Shown: piece by piece, positions 30,251 through 40,865 of the stretch
Numbering within the stretch: position 1 is the first letter of the stretch
How the letters are laid out: the number at the start of each line of letters is the position of its first letter
From: Candidatus Cloacimonadales bacterium
Lineage (GTDB): Bacteria; Cloacimonadota; Cloacimonadia; Cloacimonadales; JAFGVF01
Assembly: GCA_963662585.1 (NCBI GenBank)
Contig: OY759729.1
Coordinates: forward strand, 2,624,001-2,688,000
Length of the DNA stretch: 64,000 nt
Direction: 5' to 3'
Notes under the pieces: model-generated
What the model was told of the DNA's origin: nothing
The model's input: the letters and a program-made list of their open reading frames with translations, nothing else
Databases searched by the model: none
Program-made: the position numbers and the translations under genes

Positions 30251-31654
30251 TTAACTCATCTTAGCCATTCTTTTAAATCTTCTAAAGGAAACATTTAAAT
30301 AGCGAGCTGATCTAGAAATATTCCCATCAAACTTCTTTAATATTTTGTGGGCTAATTCATACTCTAATTCATCAATAGGGAAGAAGTCGTTGGGTAATTT
30401 GATAGAAAAGTTATCATCGAAACTACTTTTTATATTACTTGCTTTTCCGATGAATGCCTCTAAATGACGAATATTCAATTCAGATTCATCATACAATAAA
30501 ACTACTCTATCAATCACTGATTTTAACTCTCTAACATTTCCATACCAAGGATTATTCTCTAATACCTCTAAAGCTTGGTGTGAAATGCTTTTAAATGATT
30601 TATTGCGAAGAGAACTGGCCTCCTTTAAGAAAAGAAGAGCTAGCATACCGATTTCGGGTACTCGTTCTCTTAAAGGTGGTATAACAATGTTTCCAGAATT
30701 AATACGATAATAGAGGTCTTCCCTAAATTTACCTTGAGCAATACTTTCAGTTAAATCAACATTAGTAGCAAAAATGAACCTTACATCTAGTTTAATAGAT
30801 TTTTTACCTTGTACTCGATAAAACTCTTTTTCTTGCAAAACTCTTAACAGTTTTGGTTGTAATTCAAGAGGCAGATCTCCAATTTCGTCAAAGAAGATTG
30901 TACCTCCTTGAGCCATTTCAAACTTCCCGATAGAACCACTCGAAACAGCACCTGTGAAAGCACCTTTTTCATAACCAAAGAGTTCACTTTCAAAAAGAGT
31001 GTTATTAATTGCAGAACAATTTACTGAAATATATGGCTTATTACTAGTATTTTCGCCTTGATGAATAATCTTAGCAATAATCTCTTTACCGGTTCCAGTT
31101 TCTCCATTTATTAATACAGGCAGATCTCTGTGATTATGGTATGCTAAAGCTAATTGCACTACTTCTTGCATCTTGGCTGAGAATATCCCAATTCTCTTAC
31201 CAGGAAATAGCTTATTAAAAATTAAATTATACTGCTCTATTTTTTTATTTAGATTATTACTACTTTTAGGGTTCTCTATCTTATTAGTTTGCTCTTGTTC
31301 AATATTCTTTAAAATACCTGCTAATTCTTTAACATTCAAGGGCTTGAGTAGATAATCATAAGCTCCTGTTCGTAAAGCTTCCAAACTTGTCTTTAACTCT
31401 CCATAGCCAGTTATTAAAATAACTTTGGTTTGATTATTAGTATCAATATTCTTAATAGCTTTAAGAAGATCAAGTCCATTCATACCAGGCATTCTAATAT
31501 CTGAAATTACTAATTCATATCTCTTCTCTGAGTAGAATTTAAAAGCAGATTCACAGTTGTCAAATTCTTCAACATGGTGCATTAAAGGGTCTCGTAAAAA
31601 GTCTGAAATTGCTCTTCTACTTACTTCTTCATCATCTATTAATATAATATTCAT
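30251..31654 (-). CDS. NtrC-family sigma-54-dependent response regulator
   Basis: Receiver domain (ISDIRMPG), GETGTGKE, GAFTGA, FFDEIG, GNVREL, C-terminal HTH. Confidence 0.93.
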   Translation of the reverse strand: MNIILIDDEEVSRRAISDFLRDPLMHHVEEFDNCESAFKFYSEKRYELVISDIRMPGMNGLDLLKAIKNIDTNNQTKVILITGYGELKTSLEALRTGAYDYLLKPLNVKELAGILKNIEQEQTNKIENPKSSNNLNKKIEQYNLIFNKLFPGKRIGIFSAKMQEVVQLALAYHNHRDLPVLINGETGTGKEIIAKIIHQGENTSNKPYISVNCSAINNTLFESELFGYEKGAFTGAVSSGSIGKFEMAQGGTIFFDEIGDLPLELQPKLLRVLQEKEFYRVQGKKSIKLDVRFIFATNVDLTESIAQGKFREDLYYRINSGNIVIPPLRERVPEIGMLALLFLKEASSLRNKSFKSISHQALEVLENNPWYGNVRELKSVIDRVVLLYDESELNIRHLEAFIGKASNIKSSFDDNFSIKLPNDFFPIDELEYELAHKILKKFDGNISRSARYLNVSFRRFKRMAKMS

Positions 31655-33315
31655 CCTTTCTCCTCAATTGAATCTAATAAAGGTATTTTTATGGTAAACT
31701 TACATCCTCCAAACTTGTTTTTGGAATGAGTTACCTGGGCATTTAAATCTTTAGAAAAGTTCTTAACAAGGGTTAATCCTAAGCCTGTTCCAAAATTCTC
31801 TTCTTTAGAACTAACAAATGGTTCAAAGATGTTTTCAGCAATTTCAGGAGGAATACCCTCTCCGTTATCATCAATCTGAATCACTGCTAAATCTTCTTCT
31901 ACAGAGGTCGTAACAATAATTCTTTTCTCGTTATGTGAAACACTATCTAAAGCTTGAACTGAGTTGGTTATTAAATTAATAATGATTTGCTCTAGACTGA
32001 TTTGCGAGCCATAAACTAGTAATCTTCGAGGGATGAAGATTAATTTTAGAACAATTTGATGAGATTTAATCTGTTGCTCTAAATAACTTACTGCTAAAGA
32101 TATAACTTCGTTAACATCTAGCTCTTGCTTCTCAATAGCATTTTTATGTCGCCAGTAATATCTAATATGATTAACAATTTTACTTATTCTCTCAGTAGCT
32201 TTTATTATGTACTCAATTCTTTCTCGATAGCCTATAGGTAAAACTTTCTCTTCATCATCTTTGTATATCATAGCTTGAGCATCAATCATGATAGCATTTA
32301 AGGGTTGATTAATCTCATGAGTTATACCAGAAGCCATAACACCTAAAGAGGCCATTCTGATAGTTTTTTCATTATAAGAAATATTTGAATATTGACTTAA
32401 TTTGTTTTTTCTTCCAGACTCAATTTCTTCCATCTTATCATTCAATTTGCTTAAGTATATCTTTTCAGTCAATGCTTGCCTTAACTCAGAGTAATGGAGT
32501 GCTTTTTCCCAGTTTTTCGCTGTCTTATAAATTTTTATCGCCTCCAAATAGGAGAACCAAAGAATTTCATCTAGTGCTGATTCTTGAGAGATATCTATTG
32601 CTCTTTGCAAGTATTCAATAGCATGATTATTGTCTAGTAATTGAGAATAAGCCTCTGCTATATTCAGGTAAGCGAAAACGCTTGTTCTCGCAGTGATTTC
32701 CTTTGAATCTTCAATTATAGGCAAAAGAATATCGAGGGATTTCTGTGGCTCCGCTTGATTGTTGTAATAATTACTTAACTCCACAACAACACTAAAGAGT
32801 TCTTGCTTATCATCAGATTGTTGAGTATAGTTATAAGCTTTAGTAAGTAGATTTAATGCTTCATCTGCTTGTCCACGACGGAGAATTAGATTAGCATAAT
32901 TAATTATTATAGAACTATTCTGAGGTGCACTTTGGATTATTTTCTTATAAATTTCCAGAGCTTTGTTTTCTTGATTTGTCGCTGTATAGAGAGTAGCTAA
33001 ATTATTCATAACTTTAGCATAAAACACCGTATCTCTAAACTCATAATAGATTGAAGCAGACTCAATTAAATACTCTAAAGCTATTTCAAATTTACTTCTC
33101 TTATAATTTAATGTCCCTTCTCGAAAGAGAGCTAAAGCCCGAACTTGCTCCCAGTTAGGATAGTGAGCGTTCTTTATGATGTATTTATAGTAGGGAGAAA
33201 TTATTTCTTCATCAGAATCATCCCTAAAGAGCTCAATAATCTCCTTGGCGATATTAAGTTTTTTCAGATAATCTCTTTCAGATTTAAATCTATCTTCAAG
33301 TTTTATTATATTCAT
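31651..33315 (-). CDS. Cytoplasmic TPR-domain sensor histidine kinase
   Basis: N-terminal TPRs, H-box GITHEINQPL, DDNGEGI, GTGLGL; no transmembrane segment seen. Confidence 0.9.
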   Translation of the reverse strand: MNIIKLEDRFKSERDYLKKLNIAKEIIELFRDDSDEEIISPYYKYIIKNAHYPNWEQVRALALFREGTLNYKRSKFEIALEYLIESASIYYEFRDTVFYAKVMNNLATLYTATNQENKALEIYKKIIQSAPQNSSIIINYANLILRRGQADEALNLLTKAYNYTQQSDDKQELFSVVVELSNYYNNQAEPQKSLDILLPIIEDSKEITARTSVFAYLNIAEAYSQLLDNNHAIEYLQRAIDISQESALDEILWFSYLEAIKIYKTAKNWEKALHYSELRQALTEKIYLSKLNDKMEEIESGRKNKLSQYSNISYNEKTIRMASLGVMASGITHEINQPLNAIMIDAQAMIYKDDEEKVLPIGYRERIEYIIKATERISKIVNHIRYYWRHKNAIEKQELDVNEVISLAVSYLEQQIKSHQIVLKLIFIPRRLLVYGSQISLEQIIINLITNSVQALDSVSHNEKRIIVTTSVEEDLAVIQIDDNGEGIPPEIAENIFEPFVSSKEENFGTGLGLTLVKNFSKDLNAQVTHSKNKFGGCKFTIKIPLLDSIEEKG

Positions 33316-33601
33316 CTTATCTCCGTTATTTAATCTTTGGGACTTATAACAATTTAATAATTTAACCTTAATGTGTCAAATTTTTATATTCAATACTTTT
33401 ACATCTAAGCTTAACTTTAATGAATAAAGAATTTTTAATATTTTTATGAAAAATCAAATGTCATAGATTGGTGAAAAGCTTTTCTAGGATGTGTGAATTT
33501 ATTGGCTAAAATTAAAATTAGTAAAGTTAATATTGAAAAGAAATAAAATTAATTGACAAAATTATCATTCTAGCTATTTTATAGTATATTGAGAGGAAAA
33601 T

Positions 33602-34060
33602 ATGAATAATAAAGAAAAAGATGAACTAAAAAGTTTTCATAACTATATGGCAACTAAGTTGTTTAATGACACTTGGGAATTATTAGATAAAGCTGATAGA
33701 AGCCTAGAAGAGGATGTACTTATGATTCATACAGCCCATGCTTCTTTATACCATTGGTTGCAATTTGGGGAAGCAAAGAACTTTTCTATTGGTGAATGGC
33801 AGGTTTCAAGAGTATATGCTGAATTAAAGATGGGTGAATCTGCTCTTAAACATGGAATTGCTAATGTGGACTTATGTAAGAAGAATAAACTAACAGGTTT
33901 TGAATTAGGTTATGCTTATGAATCTGTTGCTCGTGCATATAAGATATTAGGAAATGAAATAGAAAAAGACAACTATCTTAAAAAAGCAATTTCGGAAGCA
34001 GATAATATTATTGATGCTGAAGAAAAAGAATATTTAAAAAACGATTTAGAAACTATATAA
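33602..34060 (+). CDS. Hypothetical all-helical protein
   Basis: gagg RBS; HASLYHW, GEWQVSRVY, YAYESVAR; TTGACA upstream at 33553. Confidence 0.8.
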   Translation: MNNKEKDELKSFHNYMATKLFNDTWELLDKADRSLEEDVLMIHTAHASLYHWLQFGEAKNFSIGEWQVSRVYAELKMGESALKHGIANVDLCKKNKLTGFELGYAYESVARAYKILGNEIEKDNYLKKAISEADNIIDAEEKEYLKNDLETI

Positions 34061-34074
34061 AAAAGGAGATTAAA

Positions 34075-35208
34075 ATGAAGAAATTTCTTATTTTAATGCT
34101 TGTTATGGCCTTGACCTTAATGTTTGTTGGTTGTGGGGATGACAATAATGACGACCCTGATGCAGTGACTAAAGTATCATTCAGAAATCAAACTAACGCA
34201 GATATTACTGTCGTAATTGATGGTATTGATGGAACTTTAATTGCAGGCGAAACATGGAATTACACTTTTGTAAATGCTACCTGGAATGATGATGATATGA
34301 TGGCTGTAGATTATACACTTAATGGCCTTTATATTAAGACTACTGACAGAACAGTAACAATTGAAAAAGATAAAACTGTTACAGTTAATGTTATAGCTGA
34401 AGGCGGAATTGTTGTCTTAAAAAATAATCATTATATTGATATTAACTCAGCTTTAATCTATCTTGCTAATGAAGCTCCTAGTGGTAGTAATAGTCTAGTA
34501 ACACCTTTAACTCCTGGTGACTCTGTCATGGTTCTTAAAGATGCTGAAAGCTATCGTGTTAGTCTTATGTTAGCTAATGGAACTTACGAAGCAATTGATG
34601 CTTTTACAGTTGCTGATAACCAAATGAGTTATGCTACTATTACTGCAGAAAAAATGTTAGCAATGGATAACCAAACTAATGGCGAAGTAACTTTCAGATT
34701 AGATGGTGGTTCTATTAATAGACTTAATGCTAATACTTCAGAAGATGTCATTCTAGGTGAAGAATATGGACTTCAAGTAGAAGTTTCTTATAATGGTCTT
34801 TATATCTTTGCAGGAACTGACACTTTCAACTTCTTTGATGGTACTACTTACGATGTTATTATCACTCCAGATGGTGGAGCTATTTATATCGTTAATGGTA
34901 CTAGTGATAATATCACTGAAGTTTATATTGCTCCTTCTTCTGATACCGAATGGGGTCCTGACTACATGAGTGGTACAATTGGTGCAGGTCAAGAGTATGC
35001 ATGGACTGTTCAAGCTGGTTCATGGGATGTTAAAATTGTTGATGATGCTGGTTTCTTTGCAGAAATCTTTGACATTCAAGTTACAGATAATCAATCTGAA
35101 TATGTCGATTATTCAGACAAAGCTAAAACTCGCGGAACTTCTTCTAATCTTAAGAACAAAGCTCACTACAACTATCCAGTTGGTGGAACAAAAGTTGAAG
35201 GTAATTAA
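34075..35208 (+). CDS. Acidic beta-rich lipoprotein with repeated domains
   Basis: Lipobox FVGC; internal repeats (NQT...Y.LNGLYI; N.T..I..VYIAPS). Confidence 0.8.
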   Translation: MKKFLILMLVMALTLMFVGCGDDNNDDPDAVTKVSFRNQTNADITVVIDGIDGTLIAGETWNYTFVNATWNDDDMMAVDYTLNGLYIKTTDRTVTIEKDKTVTVNVIAEGGIVVLKNNHYIDINSALIYLANEAPSGSNSLVTPLTPGDSVMVLKDAESYRVSLMLANGTYEAIDAFTVADNQMSYATITAEKMLAMDNQTNGEVTFRLDGGSINRLNANTSEDVILGEEYGLQVEVSYNGLYIFAGTDTFNFFDGTTYDVIITPDGGAIYIVNGTSDNITEVYIAPSSDTEWGPDYMSGTIGAGQEYAWTVQAGSWDVKIVDDAGFFAEIFDIQVTDNQSEYVDYSDKAKTRGTSSNLKNKAHYNYPVGGTKVEGN

Positions 35209-35235
35209 TAGTTAATTACTGAACTATAAAAATAT

Positions 35236-35259
35236 AGGGTTGCTTAGGCAACCCTTTTT
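35236..35259 (+). terminator. Rho-independent terminator
   Basis: agggttgc-ttag-gcaaccct followed by tttt. Confidence 0.85.
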
Positions 35260-35495
35260 GCTTGACCAGAATGTTTAGGTTTGCTAATTGAACAGCAAAA
35301 TAAATTCTAATAATTTCATATAAACTTTTAAGCTGTATTATTAAAATATACTAATATGATCCAATGATCCTTGGGATCCCACTATAATGGGCTTTTTAAG
35401 ACAAGGATAAAATGATATAATAAATCAAAAATGGCAAGGTATCACTTGTGTTTTTCATCTAAGGCAAAAAATAACTGAACCAAGTATCTAATCTA

Positions 35496-37802
35496 TTAAT
35501 CTTTTCTCTCTCTTATCTTTTTCAGTTTTCTACTTAGGGAATAGCTAGTTATTCCTAATAGTTCAGCTGCTTTTTTTTGTATTCCATTACTCTTAGATAA
35601 AGCTCTATTAATTATCCATTCTTCACATTCATCTAACCTTAAAGAAGGTAAATCTGGATAGTTATCACAAATCGAACAAGGAGCTTGTTGAATATTAATA
35701 GCATCTGCATCAAGAATAGAATCATGACACAGAATAAGACTCCTTTGAAGAATATTCTTAAGTTCTCTTATGTTTCCAGGGAATTTATAATTAACTAACA
35801 AGTCTAATGCTTCTTTTGTAATAATTGGTGTTGATCGACCTTGATTAGCACTTAATGTTTGAAGATAATAATCTACTAAGAGAGGAATATCATCCTGTCT
35901 TTCTCTAAGAGGTGGTAGATAAATTTCCATAACATTAATTCTATTTAGCAGGTCGAAGCGGAATTCATTACCCAAAGCCATTGTAGAAAGGTCTTTATTA
36001 GTAGCAGAAATTAAACGGAAATCAACCCTAATATCTTTAGTAGAACCTATCCGATGGATAATTTTCTCTTCAATAACTCTTAAAAATTTAGATTGCATTT
36101 TCAGGGGCATATCTCCAATTTCATCTAAAAATAGGGTTCCTTTATTTGCTGCTTCAAAATATCCAAGAGTTTGATTTGCAGATCCAGTAAAAGCACCTTT
36201 CTCACTTCCAAAGAAGGCACTCTCAATGAGGGATGTAGTAAAAGCTGCACTATTAACACTAATGAAAGAATTTTTTTTTCTTAAACTCGCATAGTGAATT
36301 AGACGAGCTATTGCTTCTTTACCAGAACCTGTTTCGCCAATAATGAGAACAGAAAGTCCATCGTTTTTAGCTACCATAAGAGCCTGATGGATAACATTTT
36401 GCATTTGACTATTACAGCCAATTAAGGGAATTTTTACCATTTTCTGTAACTCTTGAGAAATTAAAGATGTGCTTGTGTAGTTAGTGAGAGCCTTTCCATT
36501 TAAGATAGGCTTTTCATATTCCTGTTTTATGGCTTGGATTTCTTGATTATAAGCTTCATTCTTCACCTTCATTTCAAATTCGATTGATTTTTTATAATGG
36601 TCATAAGCTGCTTGAATATTTCCTTGCAGTTCATACACCTGACTAAGCAGAGCATGATTTTCAGCTAGCTTATCAAGAAGTTGGAGTTCTTCAGCAAGCA
36701 GTTGTGCTTTAGAAAAAGCATTCAAGGACTTGGGGTAATCATTCAAGCCTTTATAAGTTAATCCAAGTCCTTGAAGAATCCCTAATTTATGAAGTTTATC
36801 GTTTGTTTTAGAGTTTGCTTTATTAGCTTTAGTAAACCACTTGTAAGCTGAATTAAATTGTTTTTGTTTTATCTTAATGTTACCAATATTAATCATTATG
36901 CTTGCCATATCATTATAATAATTAAGGGTATTGGCACAAGAAAGGGCTCTCTGAAGGAGTTCTTCAGCTTTATTAACTTCTGTTAAAACACGATAACAAT
37001 TAGCAGAATTTATAGCTATAGCTATAAAAGTATCTGGGTCCTTGCTTTCCATTTCTGATGTTAGAAAAGGTTCTAAGTACATCAAGGCATCTTTATATTG
37101 TCCGATAGAACCATAAGCTATCCCCAAATTATTACAGATGGAAAAGTAATTATCACTATTCTCATCGTGAATTCTTTTCTTGGCTTCAAGGAAGAAATGA
37201 ATTGCTTGTTTTAATTTTCCTCGCATAGCTGATATTCTACCTAAACCACTATATGCTAAGGATAGAACTTCTTCATTTTGAATTTTCATTCCATATTGCA
37301 TTCCTAGTTGATAATATTGATATGCTTTATCTAAATTACCTGAACATTCATAGATGTAACCAACATTAGAATATCTTCCTGTTAAAGTACTTGTATTTCC
37401 TAATTTCTCTAGGATTTCAATTGATTTTTTCCCTTCATTAATAGCTAAATCAAGCTTATTCATCATCCATAAAATAAAACTTAAATCAGCTGTAATCTCT
37501 GCTAAATCGAGATTTGTTGCCAAGTGGGTTACATGCACATTATATTGTTTATAGATATCTTCAAAGTTATGACCTTTGGCATAATATCGTATAGCATGAA
37601 AAACTTGCAGGTAAGTTTTTGTTAGCAAGACTGAAATCTTTTCTGGTAAAATAGGATCAAAATTCAAATATTGCTCAACAATGTTAGTAATTCCTTTAAA
37701 ATGAAGATTATAGTCCATGCTTTCCAGTTTAATAATATTCTCCAATTTTTCATATAAATCTTCGATTTTCTCTAATCTACTCTTAGCTGATTTTTTTACC
37801 AT
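35496..37802 (-). CDS. TPR-domain sigma-54 enhancer-binding protein (one-component)
   Basis: Many TPRs, GETGSGKE, GAFTGS, LFLDEIG, PGNIREL, Fis-type HTH. Confidence 0.9.
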   Translation of the reverse strand: MVKKSAKSRLEKIEDLYEKLENIIKLESMDYNLHFKGITNIVEQYLNFDPILPEKISVLLTKTYLQVFHAIRYYAKGHNFEDIYKQYNVHVTHLATNLDLAEITADLSFILWMMNKLDLAINEGKKSIEILEKLGNTSTLTGRYSNVGYIYECSGNLDKAYQYYQLGMQYGMKIQNEEVLSLAYSGLGRISAMRGKLKQAIHFFLEAKKRIHDENSDNYFSICNNLGIAYGSIGQYKDALMYLEPFLTSEMESKDPDTFIAIAINSANCYRVLTEVNKAEELLQRALSCANTLNYYNDMASIMINIGNIKIKQKQFNSAYKWFTKANKANSKTNDKLHKLGILQGLGLTYKGLNDYPKSLNAFSKAQLLAEELQLLDKLAENHALLSQVYELQGNIQAAYDHYKKSIEFEMKVKNEAYNQEIQAIKQEYEKPILNGKALTNYTSTSLISQELQKMVKIPLIGCNSQMQNVIHQALMVAKNDGLSVLIIGETGSGKEAIARLIHYASLRKKNSFISVNSAAFTTSLIESAFFGSEKGAFTGSANQTLGYFEAANKGTLFLDEIGDMPLKMQSKFLRVIEEKIIHRIGSTKDIRVDFRLISATNKDLSTMALGNEFRFDLLNRINVMEIYLPPLRERQDDIPLLVDYYLQTLSANQGRSTPIITKEALDLLVNYKFPGNIRELKNILQRSLILCHDSILDADAINIQQAPCSICDNYPDLPSLRLDECEEWIINRALSKSNGIQKKAAELLGITSYSLSRKLKKIRERKD

Positions 37803-37821
37803 TCGTGCTCCTTATATAAAA

Positions 37822-37858
37822 ATGCAATTAATTGCAATAAATATTGCATAAACGCAAT
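37822..37858. promoter_or_regulatory. Candidate enhancer sites (overlapping TGCA palindromes)
   Basis: tgcaattaattgca, tgcaataaatattgca and ttgcataaacgcaa, 105-145 bp upstream of the -24 element. Confidence 0.5.
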
Positions 37859-37964
37859 TATCAGTCAAGAAAAATGATGAATAACTTTTTTATAAGAAAT
37901 TAGAAAATTTGTAACATACTGTTATATGGAAAGATACAATATATTAACATAAGAGAAGTGCTTT

Positions 37965-37980
37965 TGGAATCTTCCTTGCA
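37965..37980 (+). promoter_or_regulatory. Putative sigma-54 promoter
   Basis: TGGAAT-CTTCC-TTGCA, divergent from a bEBP gene, followed by aggag RBS. Confidence 0.68.
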
Positions 37981-38004
37981 GTATTAATAGTAGGAGTGTA
38001 AATT

Positions 38005-38205
38005 ATGAAAGATAATGAAGCTTATGAAGTAAGTGACTTACATGAAAAATGGTTAGATGAGTTACATTGTTTAATTGGTTTTACTATTACTTATGCTAAT
38101 GGAAGAATAGATAATCAGTTGAGAAATTGCAACAAAGAAACTTATTTAAGAGAAAAAGCAAAACTTAATTATTTAAGAAAGAAATTTTTAAAAGAAAAAA
38201 ACTAA
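38005..38205 (+). CDS. Small hypothetical protein (66 aa)
   Basis: aggag RBS; first ORF after the sigma-54 motif; 10 bp from the next gene. Confidence 0.65.
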   Translation: MKDNEAYEVSDLHEKWLDELHCLIGFTITYANGRIDNQLRNCNKETYLREKAKLNYLRKKFLKEKN

Positions 38206-38215
38206 ATGGAGAAAA

Positions 38216-40861
38216 ATGATGAAAATTATCGTATTGGTTATGTTATTTTTACTTACAGTTGTTTCCCTCTTAGGAATTAATAGTGCCTTATATTTTGATG
38301 GACAAGATGATTATTTACAGGTAAACTCAATTAGCAGTAGCTTATTTCAAGAGACTTCATATACAATTGAATGTTGGTTTAAAGGAGATGATATTACCAC
38401 TTCTACTGGTAATCAAATCTTATGGGGAATCAATGGTCCTGTTTCTAATCCAAATACTAATATCCTGATGATTGCAGTTCACGGAAATGTTATAAAAATT
38501 TATGATGGGAACAATGTTAATTCTTATACAGGAACTTCAATTATTCAACCTTCTGTATGGTATCATATTGCACTTATGAAGTTTACTGATAATAGTTTCT
38601 CTTTATATCTCAATGGAATTGAAGAATTATCTGGTTCCCTAGTCACTCCGATTGCTAGCAATAGTACTTTTTCCTTAGGCCAAGAGTGGGATGCTAATCC
38701 TAGTGATTTCTTCCAAGGACAAATTGATGAATTTAGAGTTTGGAATAAGATATTAAGCCAAAATGAATTAAGACAAAAGTCTTACCTTGAGTTAGATGAA
38801 GATGAAACAGATTTAATAGCTTATTATAACTTTAATAACTCACTTGCTGATCAATCTGCTAATACTCACGAAGGCTCTTTCGTTGGAGGACCTATTCAAT
38901 ATCTTCCTTCCTCAGCAATATATGGAGCACAATCATGTTTAGCTTTTCACGGTAATACTGGGGATACTAGAGTAAACTGTGGTAATATAATTGATCCTAG
39001 TACCTTATCTTCTTTCACACTTGAATGCTGGGTAGAGCCTGATCTTTCTAGTGGAAGTCATAATAGAAGGTTGATAACCCAAGGTCCTTTAACATGGTTA
39101 GGTATAAATGTAAATAGAAATGTATACACAAATTTTCCTGATAACAATTCAATTATGATTAGCTCAACTGAACTAACTTATGGTATTTGGAATCATCTAG
39201 CTTTAGTATGGGATGGAGCAAATATTTCTTTATATATTAATGGTATTAAAGATGATATAACAGAAGCAGCTAACTCTCTTAGTTCCAATAACTCAGATGT
39301 TTACTTAGGATATGAAGTTGATTTTCCTTCAAATCACTACTGGGGGTTGATGGATGAATTAAGAATTTGGAGCATAGGCAAGTCAGGAAATCAGATTAGA
39401 GAAAATATGTGTAGAAATATTTCTGGTAGTGAAGCTAACTTACTTGCTTATTATAACTTTAACAATACTTCAGGCTCGATAGTGCAAGATTTATCTGGAA
39501 AATCCCATGATGGCACCTTGACAGGAAACTACTATTGGTTACCTTCTTCAGCTTTTAATATGCGTTTGGATACAATTGATAATTCTTGGTCAGAGGAATC
39601 TAATTGGTCAGATGGTATTCCTGACGAGAATGCTAATGTTGGAATTTATAATTGGGGTAATGAACTTGAATTACCAAATTCGCAAAGTTATAATAATTTC
39701 TATATTGCAAATGGTGTGACTATTTCCCTAGTATCTTCGATAGATATTACAAGTTCATTAATAATTGAGGGAAGTTTGAACTTAAATACCAATACTATTA
39801 ATCTTAACGAAAATGCCAATTTAATTGATGAAAACGGAATTTTATCTGCTGATAGTGGAACTATAGAAGCTACTATGGAACTTAATAATGTTAATCAAGA
39901 TATAGCTGGGTTAGGCATTACAATTTCAGAATCAAGCAATCTAGGCAATACTAGAGTAATTAGAGGACATAGAGCTTTAGGAAGTCAAGCAATTAATAGA
40001 TATTATCAAATTACATCTCAGAATCAACCAACTAATGCAAGTCTTGTATTTACTTATTTAGATTCTGAACTTAATGGACATCAAGAAAGTGAACTTAAGC
40101 TCTTTAAATCAGAAGATGGCGTAAATTGGATAGAGCAAAACTCTTCAATTGACACAGAAAATAATACTTTAACATTATCAGGTATAACTAGTTTCTCTTA
40201 TTGGACTGCAGCTCCAAGAGGTTCTGATCAAACCCTTCCTGTAACATTATCAACTTTCACTGCAGTTTATGAAGAGAATAAGGCAATTATTAAATGGGTA
40301 ACTCAATCTGAAAGTAATAATCTTGGTTGGAATGTTTATAGGGCAGAGATAGATGAGCAAACCCAAGCTATTAAACTCAATAACCAATTTATTCCTGGCT
40401 CTGGTTCAACTTCAGAACCAAGTAACTACCAGTACCAAGATGAATATCCTGTAACTTATGGGAATGAATATTTCTACTGGTTAGAAGCAATAAGCCTTAA
40501 TAATGAATTAACTTATCATGGTCCTATTAACTTAATAATTTCTCAAGAGGAATTTGAAGAATCTTCTCCTGAAATACCCCAAAATTTTGGTTTATTGCCA
40601 AATTACCCCAATCCTTTTAATCCAAGTACTACAATAGCTTTTGTGATGAAAGAAAGTGGAAAATATCAGATTAGTATTTATGATGTTAAGGGAAGAAAAG
40701 TGAGAAATCTATTCTCAGGTAATGTGGAAGCTAATGAATTACATAAAGTAGTTTGGAATGGTAAAGATTCACAAGATAAGGATGTCGCTTCAGGTGTCTT
40801 TTTCTATCGCTTAACAGGTCAAGGATTAACTCAAAATCGTAAGATGATTCTATTAAAATAG
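38216..40861 (+). CDS. Secreted protein with two LamG/pentraxin-like domains and a FlgD-Ig/T9SS-type C-terminus
   Basis: TIECW...WYHIAL...GQIDEFRVW twice; LPVTLSTFTA; NYPNPFNPSTTIAF. Confidence 0.87.
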   Translation: MMKIIVLVMLFLLTVVSLLGINSALYFDGQDDYLQVNSISSSLFQETSYTIECWFKGDDITTSTGNQILWGINGPVSNPNTNILMIAVHGNVIKIYDGNNVNSYTGTSIIQPSVWYHIALMKFTDNSFSLYLNGIEELSGSLVTPIASNSTFSLGQEWDANPSDFFQGQIDEFRVWNKILSQNELRQKSYLELDEDETDLIAYYNFNNSLADQSANTHEGSFVGGPIQYLPSSAIYGAQSCLAFHGNTGDTRVNCGNIIDPSTLSSFTLECWVEPDLSSGSHNRRLITQGPLTWLGINVNRNVYTNFPDNNSIMISSTELTYGIWNHLALVWDGANISLYINGIKDDITEAANSLSSNNSDVYLGYEVDFPSNHYWGLMDELRIWSIGKSGNQIRENMCRNISGSEANLLAYYNFNNTSGSIVQDLSGKSHDGTLTGNYYWLPSSAFNMRLDTIDNSWSEESNWSDGIPDENANVGIYNWGNELELPNSQSYNNFYIANGVTISLVSSIDITSSLIIEGSLNLNTNTINLNENANLIDENGILSADSGTIEATMELNNVNQDIAGLGITISESSNLGNTRVIRGHRALGSQAINRYYQITSQNQPTNASLVFTYLDSELNGHQESELKLFKSEDGVNWIEQNSSIDTENNTLTLSGITSFSYWTAAPRGSDQTLPVTLSTFTAVYEENKAIIKWVTQSESNNLGWNVYRAEIDEQTQAIKLNNQFIPGSGSTSEPSNYQYQDEYPVTYGNEYFYWLEAISLNNELTYHGPINLIISQEEFEESSPEIPQNFGLLPNYPNPFNPSTTIAFVMKESGKYQISIYDVKGRKVRNLFSGNVEANELHKVVWNGKDSQDKDVASGVFFYRLTGQGLTQNRKMILLK

Positions 40862-40865
40862 AAAG

